Assembly (NCBI GenBank): GCA_965228735.1
Contig: OZ245838.1
Location: forward strand, 1,504,001 to 1,568,000
Source: Planctomycetota bacterium
Lineage (GTDB): Bacteria > Planctomycetota > UBA1135 > UBA2386
Direction: 5' to 3'
Length of the DNA stretch: 64,000 bases
Every line of letters starts with the position of its first letter. The first letter of the stretch is position 1. Shown in pieces: positions 29,321 to 38,403 of the stretch. The notes below the pieces were generated by a model, which saw nothing but the letters and a program-made list of their open reading frames with translations, was not told the origin of the DNA and made no database searches. Both the position numbers and the translations under genes were made by a program.

Positions 29321-30340
29321 TCACCCGGCGAACGTGGCGGCCGCCTCCAGGCAACGCTCGACGTCGGCGTCCCCGACGTCACGGTGGGTCACGAACCGCA
29401 CGCGCGCGGGGCCGGTCGCAGCGGCCTTGACGCCGTGCTCGGCCAGGTGCGCGACGAGCGCCGCGGCCCCTTCGCCGGTGAGATCGATCATGACGATGTT
29501 CGTTTCGGTCGCAGCCAGATCCACGGCCGCCCACGGTAGCGCCGCGAAGCCCTCGGCGAGGCGCCGGGCGCGCGCATGATCGGCCGCGAGCTGATCGGGG
29601 CCGGTATCGAGCGCGATCCGGGCCGCCGCAGCGATCACGCCGGCCTGCCGCATCGCGCCACCGAACGCCTTGGCCGCGCGCCGCGCCTCGCTGATGAACT
29701 CGGCGGAGCCGGCGAGGAGCGAACCCACCGGCGCGCCGAGCCCTTTGCTGAGACAGAGCGACGTCGAGTCGGCCGGCACTGTTAGCTCCGCCGGCTCGCA
29801 ACCGAGCGCGATGGCCGCGTTCATGAGCCGCGCGCCGTCGATGTGCACGGCCATGCCGGCGCTGCGTGCGGCGGTCGCGAGTTCGCCGACACCTTGCGGG
29901 GACAGCACGCGCCCGCCGGCCATGTTGTGCGTGTTCTCGATCACGAGCAGCCGCGACCGCGGGTAATGCGGATCGTCGCTGCGCACGGCCGCCGTCACCT
30001 GCTCTGGCGTCGGGAAGCCACTCGCGGCCGTGAGCGTGCGCACCTGGGTCGACGACAGCCGCGCGACCGCGCCGCCCTCGTAGACGAACACGTGACTGCG
30101 CTCCTCGCAGATCAGCTCGTCCCCCGCCCGACAGTGGACGTGGATCGCGACCTGGTTGCACATCGTGCCCGACGGCAGGTAGAGCGCGGCCGGTTTGCCG
30201 AGCGCCAGAGCACCGGCTTCTTCGAGCGCCGTGACCGTCGGGTCCTCGCCCCAGACGTTGTCACCGACCTCGGCCTCGGCCATCGCCGACCGCATCGCGG
30301 CGGTCGGCGCGGTCATCGTGTCGCTGCGGAAGTCGCTCAT
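29321..30340 (-). CDS. ltaE: Low-specificity threonine aldolase
   Basis: DFRSDT, PSGTM.N, ENTHN, HIDGARL, CLSKGLGAPVG, RFVTH. Confidence 0.92.
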   Translation of the reverse strand: MSDFRSDTMTAPTAAMRSAMAEAEVGDNVWGEDPTVTALEEAGALALGKPAALYLPSGTMCNQVAIHVHCRAGDELICEERSHVFVYEGGAVARLSSTQVRTLTAASGFPTPEQVTAAVRSDDPHYPRSRLLVIENTHNMAGGRVLSPQGVGELATAARSAGMAVHIDGARLMNAAIALGCEPAELTVPADSTSLCLSKGLGAPVGSLLAGSAEFISEARRAAKAFGGAMRQAGVIAAAARIALDTGPDQLAADHARARRLAEGFAALPWAAVDLAATETNIVMIDLTGEGAAALVAHLAEHGVKAAATGPARVRFVTHRDVGDADVERCLEAAATFAG

Positions 30341-30446
30341 CCGCAGCGAGGATGCCCCGATCGGATGGCGATGCAAGCCACGGGCGCCCGCGCGGACGCC
30401 CATGGTTGCCTTTCCGGCGGCCGCGGACCTGGATCCTCCGGGGCGA

Positions 30447-32102
30447 CTACAGGCGCGCCTGGACCAGCTCGCCGCGCGGCAGGTGGTAGGCCGGCATCCA
30501 CGACTGGCCGAGCAGGGGTACCGTGACGCCCTGCACGTAGAGCTCGACGTCCGCGAGCGCCGGGTTGTTCGGCAGCGGCACCGTCACCGTCGACTGGAAC
30601 ACGACCATGCCCGGCAGCGTGATCGCCGTGAGCGGATCCGCGTAGAAGCGCACCGGCTCGATCGTCGTCGTCGGCCGCGCGTAGCTGTAGCCGAAGAGCC
30701 AGAACAGACCGACGCCGAACGGGACGTCCGCCGTCAGGTCGATCGACGTGCCGATCTGCGGATCGAGCGGGCCGATCGAGGTCTGCCCCATGATGAGACC
30801 CGGCGCGGGATTGTTGTCCGCGACGTTGCCGACGAGGCTGCCGCCGTTGCGGTAGCACCCCTCGAGGGTGACGTTCGCGAACTGCGACTGGCCGTCGACC
30901 GTCGTGTTCATGAGCTCGCTCTGCCGCACGGCGACGGGCGACGTGGCGCTGGCCGGCACGACGATCGTGCAGTTCTCGTAGCGGTTCCAGAGCAGGTTGG
31001 GCAGAGCGCCCTCGACGTCGTAGCGGACGGTGCCGTTCTTGTAGACGTTGTTCTGCTGCCACACACGCTGCGTGAACGGGTTGCCCGCGACGTCGACGTC
31101 ACCGTCGAACACCATCTCGCTGCCGTGGATGTCGAACAGCGCCGTGCGCGGCCGCACCCAGAACGCCTTCTGGCCCGCCCCGGCGATCCAGTCCGCGGTG
31201 TGGTGGTGCACCATCGTCAGACCATTGGGGTTGCCCTCGATGTCGACGACGTGGCCCGTGCAGTCGGCCCGCATGTGCGTGAAGCGGAACATGAAGGTCT
31301 GCGTGCTCGATGCGCCGCGGCGCTTCTTGGCCAGCGTCGTGCCGTTGACGAACGTGCTGCGGAACAGCATCCACATCGACAGGTTGCCGCTGCCGTTCTC
31401 GGTGAGGTCGCAGCCGACGTCGACCCCGTCGAACGTCACGTGTTCGCACTCACCCATGATGCGGCCACCCGCCGTCTGGTCGTCGACGAGGAAGCCGATC
31501 GGCATGTTGGTGAGCCTCGTGCGCATCGTCATGAGCATCGTCTCTTCGGTGCCCGTGGCGTGCTGGCGCACACCCGCGGTCGTCTGCCCGTCGAGCTCGC
31601 AGTTCATGATCTGCGCCATCATCATCATCGCGCCGCCGAGCGACGGCATCGCCGCATCGACCGCGACCTGGCCGCCGACGATGCGGAAGCCCATGATCGA
31701 GACCTCGTGATCGCGGATCGCGAACGCGTGCGTCTCGCTGCCCGCCTGGATGACGGTCCGCTGCATGACGCCCATCATCATGCCGCGCACCATGACGCGG
31801 CCGAGCCCCTGACCGCTGATGGCGGTGAGCGGCGCGGTGAGCGTGATCGTCGGAACGGCGGTCGGGTTGACCGCGATCTCGGTGACGCCGGTGCCGGTGC
31901 CGCCGATCCGGGCCTGCTCGCTGGCCGAGAGTGACGCGACGCTCAGCGTGCCGTTGCTGAGCTGGATCGCCTCGTCGAGCGAGAGCAGCGCGTCACCGAC
32001 GGTGCCGTGCGAACTCGGGTCGTTGACGTTGGCGATCTGACCCTGGGCCGAGACCGCGGCCAGCAGGGCGATGGAGGTGAGGGTGGTAGGGAGGATTCTC
32101 AT
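30447..32102 (-). CDS. Secreted hypothetical protein (CSLREA-like N-motif, probable beta-helix, C-terminal domain)
   Basis: Signal peptide MRILPT..AVSAQ; LSLDEAIQLSN; beta-rich repetitive core. Confidence 0.7.
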   Translation of the reverse strand: MRILPTTLTSIALLAAVSAQGQIANVNDPSSHGTVGDALLSLDEAIQLSNGTLSVASLSASEQARIGGTGTGVTEIAVNPTAVPTITLTAPLTAISGQGLGRVMVRGMMMGVMQRTVIQAGSETHAFAIRDHEVSIMGFRIVGGQVAVDAAMPSLGGAMMMMAQIMNCELDGQTTAGVRQHATGTEETMLMTMRTRLTNMPIGFLVDDQTAGGRIMGECEHVTFDGVDVGCDLTENGSGNLSMWMLFRSTFVNGTTLAKKRRGASSTQTFMFRFTHMRADCTGHVVDIEGNPNGLTMVHHHTADWIAGAGQKAFWVRPRTALFDIHGSEMVFDGDVDVAGNPFTQRVWQQNNVYKNGTVRYDVEGALPNLLWNRYENCTIVVPASATSPVAVRQSELMNTTVDGQSQFANVTLEGCYRNGGSLVGNVADNNPAPGLIMGQTSIGPLDPQIGTSIDLTADVPFGVGLFWLFGYSYARPTTTIEPVRFYADPLTAITLPGMVVFQSTVTVPLPNNPALADVELYVQGVTVPLLGQSWMPAYHLPRGELVQARL

Positions 32103-32234
32103 CGAACGGATGGGGTGCTGTCCTGGGGCCAGGCGAGGCGGACAGCCGTGCAGGAGTATACCCGCGGAATCGTGCCCGGGCAGGGCGCCAATCCCTCGTT
32201 GCGAAGGACCGTTACGGGACCCTACCCTCCGAAC

Positions 32235-33497
32235 TTGGCACCGCTCGAACGGCAACTCCGGCTGCTCCGCGCCTTCGGGTACGTGACGTACCCGTTCGCG
32301 TGCGTGCCGTTCCTCTTCCTGTATTTCCAGCGCCACGGGATCGACCAGGCGGGCTTCGGCGAGCTGATCGCGGGCTACTACGTCGCGATGTTCGCCGCGG
32401 AGATCCCGACCGGCATCCTCGCGGACCGACTCGGGCCGCGGCGCATGCTGATCCTCGGCCCGCTGCTGCTGAGCGCGGGGTTCGGCATCCTGCTGCTCGT
32501 CCCGACCTACGGCGGCTTCCTCGCGGGCGAGGCGCTGCTCGGCTGCGCCCACGCCGTGCTCTCCGGTCCGCCCGCCGTCATGCTCTACGAGTCGCTGCGG
32601 CAGCAGCAGCAGGAGACCCGTTTCCTCGCCGAGGAGAGCCGCATCAACGCCCGCCGGCTCTACGGGACGGGCGCGTCGTTCCTGCTCGGCGGGCTGCTCG
32701 CGCGCCTGTTCGGCGACGACGTCGCAGGGCCGGCATACGACCTGACGATCTGGCTCACCTGCGGCCTCACGGCGTCGGCCGCCGCGATCGCGTTCGGACT
32801 GCGACCACAGCCGGGCCGCCCCGTCGACCGCGACTTCCTGCGCCGCGCGGCGACCGACCTGCGCAGCCCCGCCGTGGTCTGGCTGCTCGGCTACTGGGTC
32901 GTGCTCTTCGCACTGCTGCGGTATCCGTTCCACAACTACCAGCCCTACATGGCGGCGGCGTCCGAGGTCGAGCCGTTGCTCGGTGATCCGCTGGTCGTCG
33001 GGATCCTCTTCGCGCTGATGAACCTCCTCGCGGCGCCGCTGAGCTCGCACGTGCCGCGCCTCGTCCGCCGTCACGGCCGCCTCGCGATCTTCCTCGGTAT
33101 GCCGCTCGTGCTCGCGGGCTCGCTCATCGTGATGGGCTACGAGCGTCACGCCGCGGAGACGGCCACGACGTGGCGCGCGCTCGCGTGGGTCGGCGTGCTC
33201 ATGTTCTTCGTGCAGCAGGTGCCGTTCGGGCTGCACACGGCCCTCCTGCAGGAGTTCGTGAACAGCCGCATCGGCAGCGCGGCACGGACGACGGTGTTGT
33301 CGGTCTTGTCGCTCGGCGCCCGCCTCGTCTATGCGGGCTGCAACGTGCTGCTGTTCGGCTCGCAGCAGGCCTACGGCATGGCGACGACGATGTTCTGGGC
33401 CGGCGGCATCGGCGCCGGCGCCGCGATCCTCATCGTCTGGCTGCGGCCGAGGGGCACGTTCCGCGGCGAGGGCAGGCTCGACGACCGCCTCGTCTGA
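32235..33497 (+). CDS. MFS transporter
   Basis: EIPTGILADRLGPRR (motif A), many TM segments, RTTVLS; start uncertain. Confidence 0.85.
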   Translation: MAPLERQLRLLRAFGYVTYPFACVPFLFLYFQRHGIDQAGFGELIAGYYVAMFAAEIPTGILADRLGPRRMLILGPLLLSAGFGILLLVPTYGGFLAGEALLGCAHAVLSGPPAVMLYESLRQQQQETRFLAEESRINARRLYGTGASFLLGGLLARLFGDDVAGPAYDLTIWLTCGLTASAAAIAFGLRPQPGRPVDRDFLRRAATDLRSPAVVWLLGYWVVLFALLRYPFHNYQPYMAAASEVEPLLGDPLVVGILFALMNLLAAPLSSHVPRLVRRHGRLAIFLGMPLVLAGSLIVMGYERHAAETATTWRALAWVGVLMFFVQQVPFGLHTALLQEFVNSRIGSAARTTVLSVLSLGARLVYAGCNVLLFGSQQAYGMATTMFWAGGIGAGAAILIVWLRPRGTFRGEGRLDDRLV

Positions 33498-33531
33498 CGC
33501 CGGCCCCTGCGTCGGCGCGGGCCCGGAGCGG

Positions 33532-35097
33532 TCAGCGCCCCATGTCGATGAACTCGCCGCCCGTGTCGCGCGCGAGGTCACGCAGGAACGACTTCTGGAA
33601 GTCGCCGATCGCGATCGTGTGGAAGGTCATCCGGTAGGCCTCGTTGAGCGCCTTGACCTCCTTGAGGATCTCGTTCGTGTCGACGAGCGTGCCCGTCGAC
33701 GGCCGGCCGTCGCTGAGGAAGTAGACGGTGTCGATCTTCCAGTCCATCGCCACCTTGCCGGGGCCGGTGACGGGGCCCTTCGGCGGCTTCTCCGGGTCGA
33801 TGCCGAACGCGTACATCAGCGCCTTCATCGTGTTGGTCTTGCCGGCCGCGAGGTTCGCCGCGCCGCCGAGGCCCGACGCCGCGAGCTGCTGCGATTCCGA
33901 CCCGCCGAGCGGCTTGAGGCGCTCGACGAAGCGTTTGGCCGACGACCGGTTGACGACGTTGGCCGGCACGAGCCGCTTCTTCCAGATCTTGATGTCCGTG
34001 GCGAACGCGACGATGTCGAAGTTCGTCGAGTCCGTGAGCCCCTCGATCGTGTTGAGCAGCTCGGTCTGCACGATCGTGAAGCGCTTGCGGTCCTTGTAGC
34101 CCTGGAACTTCTCGACCTCGACGATCATGTCGTCCATCGAGCCGGACTGGTCGATGATGAACAGCACGTTCGTCGACGTCGTCGGGATGCCGGCGAACGA
34201 GTTGCCCGGGCCCTCCTTCTTGCCGTAGAGCTCGTCGTACTTGCGGCGCGACGCCTTCGCCTTCTCGACCTCGGCGTCCGTCGGGATGCGCCAGCCGTCG
34301 ATCTTCATCAGGTTGTTCCAGTGGCTCTGCCAGCGCTCCGGATCGACGCCGAACTCGAACGTCGTGATGAGGAACAGCGCGTCCGAGCACTCGATCTGCA
34401 GACGCCCTTCCTGCTTCATCAGGTCGATGAGCGGCTGGACGGCCGCCTGCGGGCGCAGCTTGCCGAGCGCCTTGACCGCCGCGCTCTGAACCTGCCACTC
34501 GCCGTCGTCGAGCAGCCCGATCACGGCGTCGCTGTGATCCTTCAGGCGCAACTCGCCGACCGCGTCGGCCGCGGCCATGCGCACGGCCGCGCCGTTGTCG
34601 GAGAGCAGCGTGCCGAGCAACCCGGTCTCGCCGGGCACGCCGATGCGCCGCAGCGCGCGCGCGGCCTCGTACTGCACCATGTCGTCGGCCTTCGGGTCGC
34701 CAGCGACCGCTTCGATCGCCGGCACGCCGGCCACGATCTTCGACTGACCGAGCAACATCACGAGTGCCGCGACCTGCTCGTTGTCGCGCATCTCGGGCAG
34801 CTCCTCGATCCACGTCGCGAACGTCGCGGAATCCCGGTAGGTCGCGAGCACGTCGAGCGCCGCCTTGCGAACCGCCTGCGACTTGTGCTTCAGCAGGTCG
34901 AAGAGCTCCTCGGCCGCCGGCTTGCACTCGTTGCCCTTCAGAGTCATCACCGCCTCGACCTGCAGCGCCTCCTCGCGGCTCTTGCGCATGTAGGTCTTGA
35001 ACTCCTTCACCGCGTCGAGGCGCGCCTCGAGTTCGTCCTGGGACGGCAGAGCGGCAGCGAGGAACAACGCGGCGAACAGCAGGACGAATCGGATCAT
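33532..35097 (-). CDS. Secreted HEAT-repeat protein with C-terminal vWA domain
   Basis: Signal peptide; repeats VRMAAADAVG / VQSAAVKALG; MIDAS DQSGS, GKTN, FLSDG.P. Confidence 0.85.
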   Translation of the reverse strand: MIRFVLLFAALFLAAALPSQDELEARLDAVKEFKTYMRKSREEALQVEAVMTLKGNECKPAAEELFDLLKHKSQAVRKAALDVLATYRDSATFATWIEELPEMRDNEQVAALVMLLGQSKIVAGVPAIEAVAGDPKADDMVQYEAARALRRIGVPGETGLLGTLLSDNGAAVRMAAADAVGELRLKDHSDAVIGLLDDGEWQVQSAAVKALGKLRPQAAVQPLIDLMKQEGRLQIECSDALFLITTFEFGVDPERWQSHWNNLMKIDGWRIPTDAEVEKAKASRRKYDELYGKKEGPGNSFAGIPTTSTNVLFIIDQSGSMDDMIVEVEKFQGYKDRKRFTIVQTELLNTIEGLTDSTNFDIVAFATDIKIWKKRLVPANVVNRSSAKRFVERLKPLGGSESQQLAASGLGGAANLAAGKTNTMKALMYAFGIDPEKPPKGPVTGPGKVAMDWKIDTVYFLSDGRPSTGTLVDTNEILKEVKALNEAYRMTFHTIAIGDFQKSFLRDLARDTGGEFIDMGR

Positions 35098-35210
35098 GGC
35101 AGGCAGCGAGGGGCGAATCCGTGGCGCCGCGAGAGCGGGCAGCCAGTCGGGATCCGCGGGGTCGGGGTCAGCGGGGTCGGGGTCGGGGTCCGCCGGTCAG
35201 GGTAACGCAA

Positions 35211-35729
35211 TCAGCCGCCGGTCGCCTCTGCCCGCCACCACGACAGCCCCATGTCACGTTCGAATTGTCGCGCGAGGGTCTCGAGGTCGAGACGAGCGTC
35301 CTTGAGCGAGCCGCCACGCTGCGGGCGCAGAACGAACGTGAGGGCGCGTTCCCGGCGCACCTCGACGAGCCAGTCACAGTGCCGGGCCGCAGCGCCGAGT
35401 CGGAGTGATGTCACGACGTGCTCGAGCTCCGCCAGCGCGCTCGCGGACGTCGGCGTCAGTTCGACGCGGGGCAACGTCGCGCGTTCGGGATCGCCGGCGT
35501 CCGCGGCCTCGACCGCGAGCCCGCGCAGACCGCGCAGCACGCGCACGAGCGGATACACCGCCGCATCGAACCCCTCCACCGCCGCGTCGTCCGTGGTCGC
35601 GAGCATCGAGACCGCCCGGGCATCACCGACCCGCTCGCCGCACAGTCCGCACTCGCGAACCGACGCGCCGTCGATCATCACGACCTCGAAGCGGTCGCTG
35701 CCACAATACGGGCACTCGTCCACCCCCAC
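35211..35729 (-). CDS. Hypothetical protein with N-terminal zinc ribbon
   Basis: CPYCG...CGLCG; same strand as neighbours. Confidence 0.6.
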   Translation of the reverse strand: MGVDECPYCGSDRFEVVMIDGASVRECGLCGERVGDARAVSMLATTDDAAVEGFDAAVYPLVRVLRGLRGLAVEAADAGDPERATLPRVELTPTSASALAELEHVVTSLRLGAAARHCDWLVEVRRERALTFVLRPQRGGSLKDARLDLETLARQFERDMGLSWWRAEATGG

Positions 35730-35780
35730 GTTGTAGGCGGGCGACCTCGATCGCGGAAGGCGCCCCGTGTGGGGCGACCG

Positions 35781-38228
35781 CTACTGGCCGCCGGTCGGGG
35801 CGGCCGGCGTGCCCTCTTCGCGCTGCCGGCGGCGCTCTTCGAGCTGACGCTCGGACACGGCGCGCAGCCACGCGTCCTCTTCGCTCGTCGTGCCGATGCG
35901 CACGCCGGAGTCGTTGTTGCGTTCCTCGATCTCGTTGATCGCGGAGCGTGGCAACATGACGCGGTTCTTCTTGGTCCCGAGGATGATGTGGTCGTCGCGG
36001 ATGCTCTCGAGGATCGCGCCGACGAGGCGGTTGTTGTTCCGCAGCCGAACGGCGCCCGCCGTGGCCTTCTGGAGATCGACGTAATCCGCGGTCCCGAGCC
36101 CCGTCAGGCGCGCGAGGTGGGCGCGCTTGATGCTGACCTCGCCACCGTCGTCGACGCGCAGGGTCACGAACTCGGTGTCCACGGCCTTGACCGAACCGAT
36201 GAAGAAGTTGCCGTTCTCGAGCTGCGCGAACGCACGCGCCCCTGGTCGCAGCCCGTCCATGCCCTCCCGCTCCGGCAGGTCCTCGGAGTTGCCGATCATC
36301 AGATCGTCGCCGGCGCGCAGCAGCGCGGTGCGATCGACCGCCCGGTCGGGTCCGCCCGTCGGCCGCGCCGTCACGGGCACTGGCCACGACGAGGTCTCGC
36401 CCGGCACCGGCGTCGGCACGGGCACGACCTGCGGTCCCGTCGACTCACCGCCACCGGCGACGCCGACACCCGGGTCGGTCTGACCCGGATCCGTCTGGCC
36501 CGGGTCCGTCTGGCCCGGATCGGTCTGACCGGGATCCGTCTGGCCCGGATCGGTCTGACCGGGATCCGTCTGGCCCGGATCGGTCTGACCGGGATCCGAC
36601 TGACCCGGGTCCACCTGGCCCGGATCCGTCGTGCCACCCGTCGTCGGCGCACCCGTGCCGGGGTCCCCGCCAACCGGCTCATCGCCGCCACCCGTCGGCG
36701 CCTCGGTCGTCGCGCCCACGGCAACCGGCAGCGGTGGCTGTTCGACCGCGATCTTCACGACCGGCCGCGCGAGTTGCACGATCTCGACCTTCTCCGGTCC
36801 GAACGAGAGTCCGACGAGCTCGGGCCGCAGCACGAGCGTGGCCGTGCCGAGCCCGACGATCAGCAGCGCCGCCAGCGCCGTGACCGTGCCGAGCAGGCGC
36901 GGGCCATCGCGGTGACCACCGACGACCTCCGGATCGTCCTCGGCCTCGGTGTACAGCTCGTCGTGCTCTTCGGGATCGGCCGACGCCGCGCTCTCGAGCG
37001 GCTCCGGCACGAACGAGTGGTCCGCCTGGCCCTCCTCCTCGACCTCGGCCAGCTGATCGACGTTGTGCTCCGGCAGGGCCTCCCACGACTCGTCGCCGTT
37101 CGGGCCCTCGGCTTCGCCGGCCGACTCCGACAGCTCGCCGATGTACTCGTACTCCATCTCGCCGGCTTCGCCGTCGAGCTCGGCGTCAGCGTCGCCGTCC
37201 GGGTTCATCCGCGCCAGTTCACTCGCCGCATCGAGGACCTGCATCGACTCGGTGTCCTCCGCGACCGGCTCCAGGGTCGGCAGCTCCGCGTCCTGATCCT
37301 GCCAGTCGCCGCCACCCGGACCGGAACCATCGTCGACGACGAACGCCTCCTGGGGCGTGCCGTCGCCGGCGGCGTCGCTGACCTCGAACGTGTCGCCGCC
37401 GACGATCTCGAGCTCGGTGTCGCTGTCGAGGTCGAAGTCGGTCTCGCCGGCCTCCTCGAGCTCCGAGTCGCTCTCGATCTCGAACGCGTCGTCGCCCGCA
37501 AGGGTCCCGCCAGTCGCCCCGGCGCTCGCCGCGTCGAGGTAGCTGCCCATGACGTCCTCGCCCGCGAACTCGGGCTCGGCCGCTGCGGGCCGCTCCGTCG
37601 GCGGGTCGAGCTCGAGCGCGGAGTCGTCCCAAGTCGACTCGTTGCCCTCGTCGAACTGCTGCTTGCCGGGGAACGTCTCCGACGCCTCGACCCGTTGCAT
37701 GTGGTCCTCGAACAGCAGATCGTCCGAGTCGGGCTCACCCGCCGGCGCCTCGGCGCTGGCCTCGACGCCCGGCTCGTCGTCCTCGAACTGCAGCGGCTGA
37801 TTCAGATCGTCGAGACCGCCCGGCCCCACATCCGAACTGCCCACCGCGGCTTCGAGGTCCTCGGCAGCGAACCCGGTCGGGTCGTTGCCGGCCGGCGTCC
37901 CCGCCGCATCCCCGTCGAACGACAGCGGCTCGCCGGCGAGGGCCGCGACGTCGTCGTCGAGCGCGTCGGCCGCGGGCCCATCGAGCGCCAGCTCGTCGCC
38001 CGGTCCGAGATCCTCGGCCATCGGCTCCTGGTCCGGCTCGTCCTCGGCGGCCAGCTCGTCCGGCAGGGCGAACTCGTCGTCGTCCTCCAAATGAGGAGCA
38101 GCCGCACCCGGGGTCGCCGCGGTTTCATCCGACTCGTTGTCGGCTTCGTCTGCGAACAGGTCCTCGTCGAGTGCGAAGTCGTCGAGGAAGTCGTCGTCGT
38201 CGTAGTTCTCGTTCTGCTCGCCGGTCAT
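35781..38228 (-). CDS. Bitopic protein: very acidic N-terminal region, TM, (TDPGQ)n linker, two small beta domains
   Basis: About 450 aa D/E-rich; TM LLGTVTALAALLIVGLGTATLVL; GGAG RBS upstream. Confidence 0.8.
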   Translation of the reverse strand: MTGEQNENYDDDDFLDDFALDEDLFADEADNESDETAATPGAAAPHLEDDDEFALPDELAAEDEPDQEPMAEDLGPGDELALDGPAADALDDDVAALAGEPLSFDGDAAGTPAGNDPTGFAAEDLEAAVGSSDVGPGGLDDLNQPLQFEDDEPGVEASAEAPAGEPDSDDLLFEDHMQRVEASETFPGKQQFDEGNESTWDDSALELDPPTERPAAAEPEFAGEDVMGSYLDAASAGATGGTLAGDDAFEIESDSELEEAGETDFDLDSDTELEIVGGDTFEVSDAAGDGTPQEAFVVDDGSGPGGGDWQDQDAELPTLEPVAEDTESMQVLDAASELARMNPDGDADAELDGEAGEMEYEYIGELSESAGEAEGPNGDESWEALPEHNVDQLAEVEEEGQADHSFVPEPLESAASADPEEHDELYTEAEDDPEVVGGHRDGPRLLGTVTALAALLIVGLGTATLVLRPELVGLSFGPEKVEIVQLARPVVKIAVEQPPLPVAVGATTEAPTGGGDEPVGGDPGTGAPTTGGTTDPGQVDPGQSDPGQTDPGQTDPGQTDPGQTDPGQTDPGQTDPGQTDPGQTDPGVGVAGGGESTGPQVVPVPTPVPGETSSWPVPVTARPTGGPDRAVDRTALLRAGDDLMIGNSEDLPEREGMDGLRPGARAFAQLENGNFFIGSVKAVDTEFVTLRVDDGGEVSIKRAHLARLTGLGTADYVDLQKATAGAVRLRNNNRLVGAILESIRDDHIILGTKKNRVMLPRSAINEIEERNNDSGVRIGTTSEEDAWLRAVSERQLEERRRQREEGTPAAPTGGQ
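36468..36630 (-). repeat. Coding tandem repeat, 11 x (T/V/S)DPG(Q)
   Basis: 15-bp units; 30-bp super-unit TGGCCCGGATCGGTCTGACCGGGATCCG(T/A)C at 36511, 36541 and 36571. Confidence 0.95.
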
Positions 38229-38403
38229 TCCCGTCTCCTAGCGATGGCGGATCTCCCTCTGTATCGGCCATTCGGGTCGTGCGACTGTTGCCGGGTCCGG
38301 GGCGAGGCCGCGCCCGTGGCATGGGCGATTCGGCCATGCTCGCCCCGATTCCGCCGGAATCCGCGGGGAATCGTGCGGCTGCCGGCTGGCCTGGCCGGGC
38401 GGC

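Noticed and set aside
24283..30340. ltaE-pmm-DUF62-rocF-fhs as one pathway
   Set aside because: The enzymes do not form a coherent route; it looks like a mixed housekeeping run.
30447..33581. Single 1044-aa ORF
   Set aside because: The N-terminal half is the antisense shadow of the MFS gene; a signal peptide marks the real start at 32102.
38229..38403. tRNA-Sec (selC) next to selB
   Set aside because: No cloverleaf with a TCA anticodon is recognisable on either strand.
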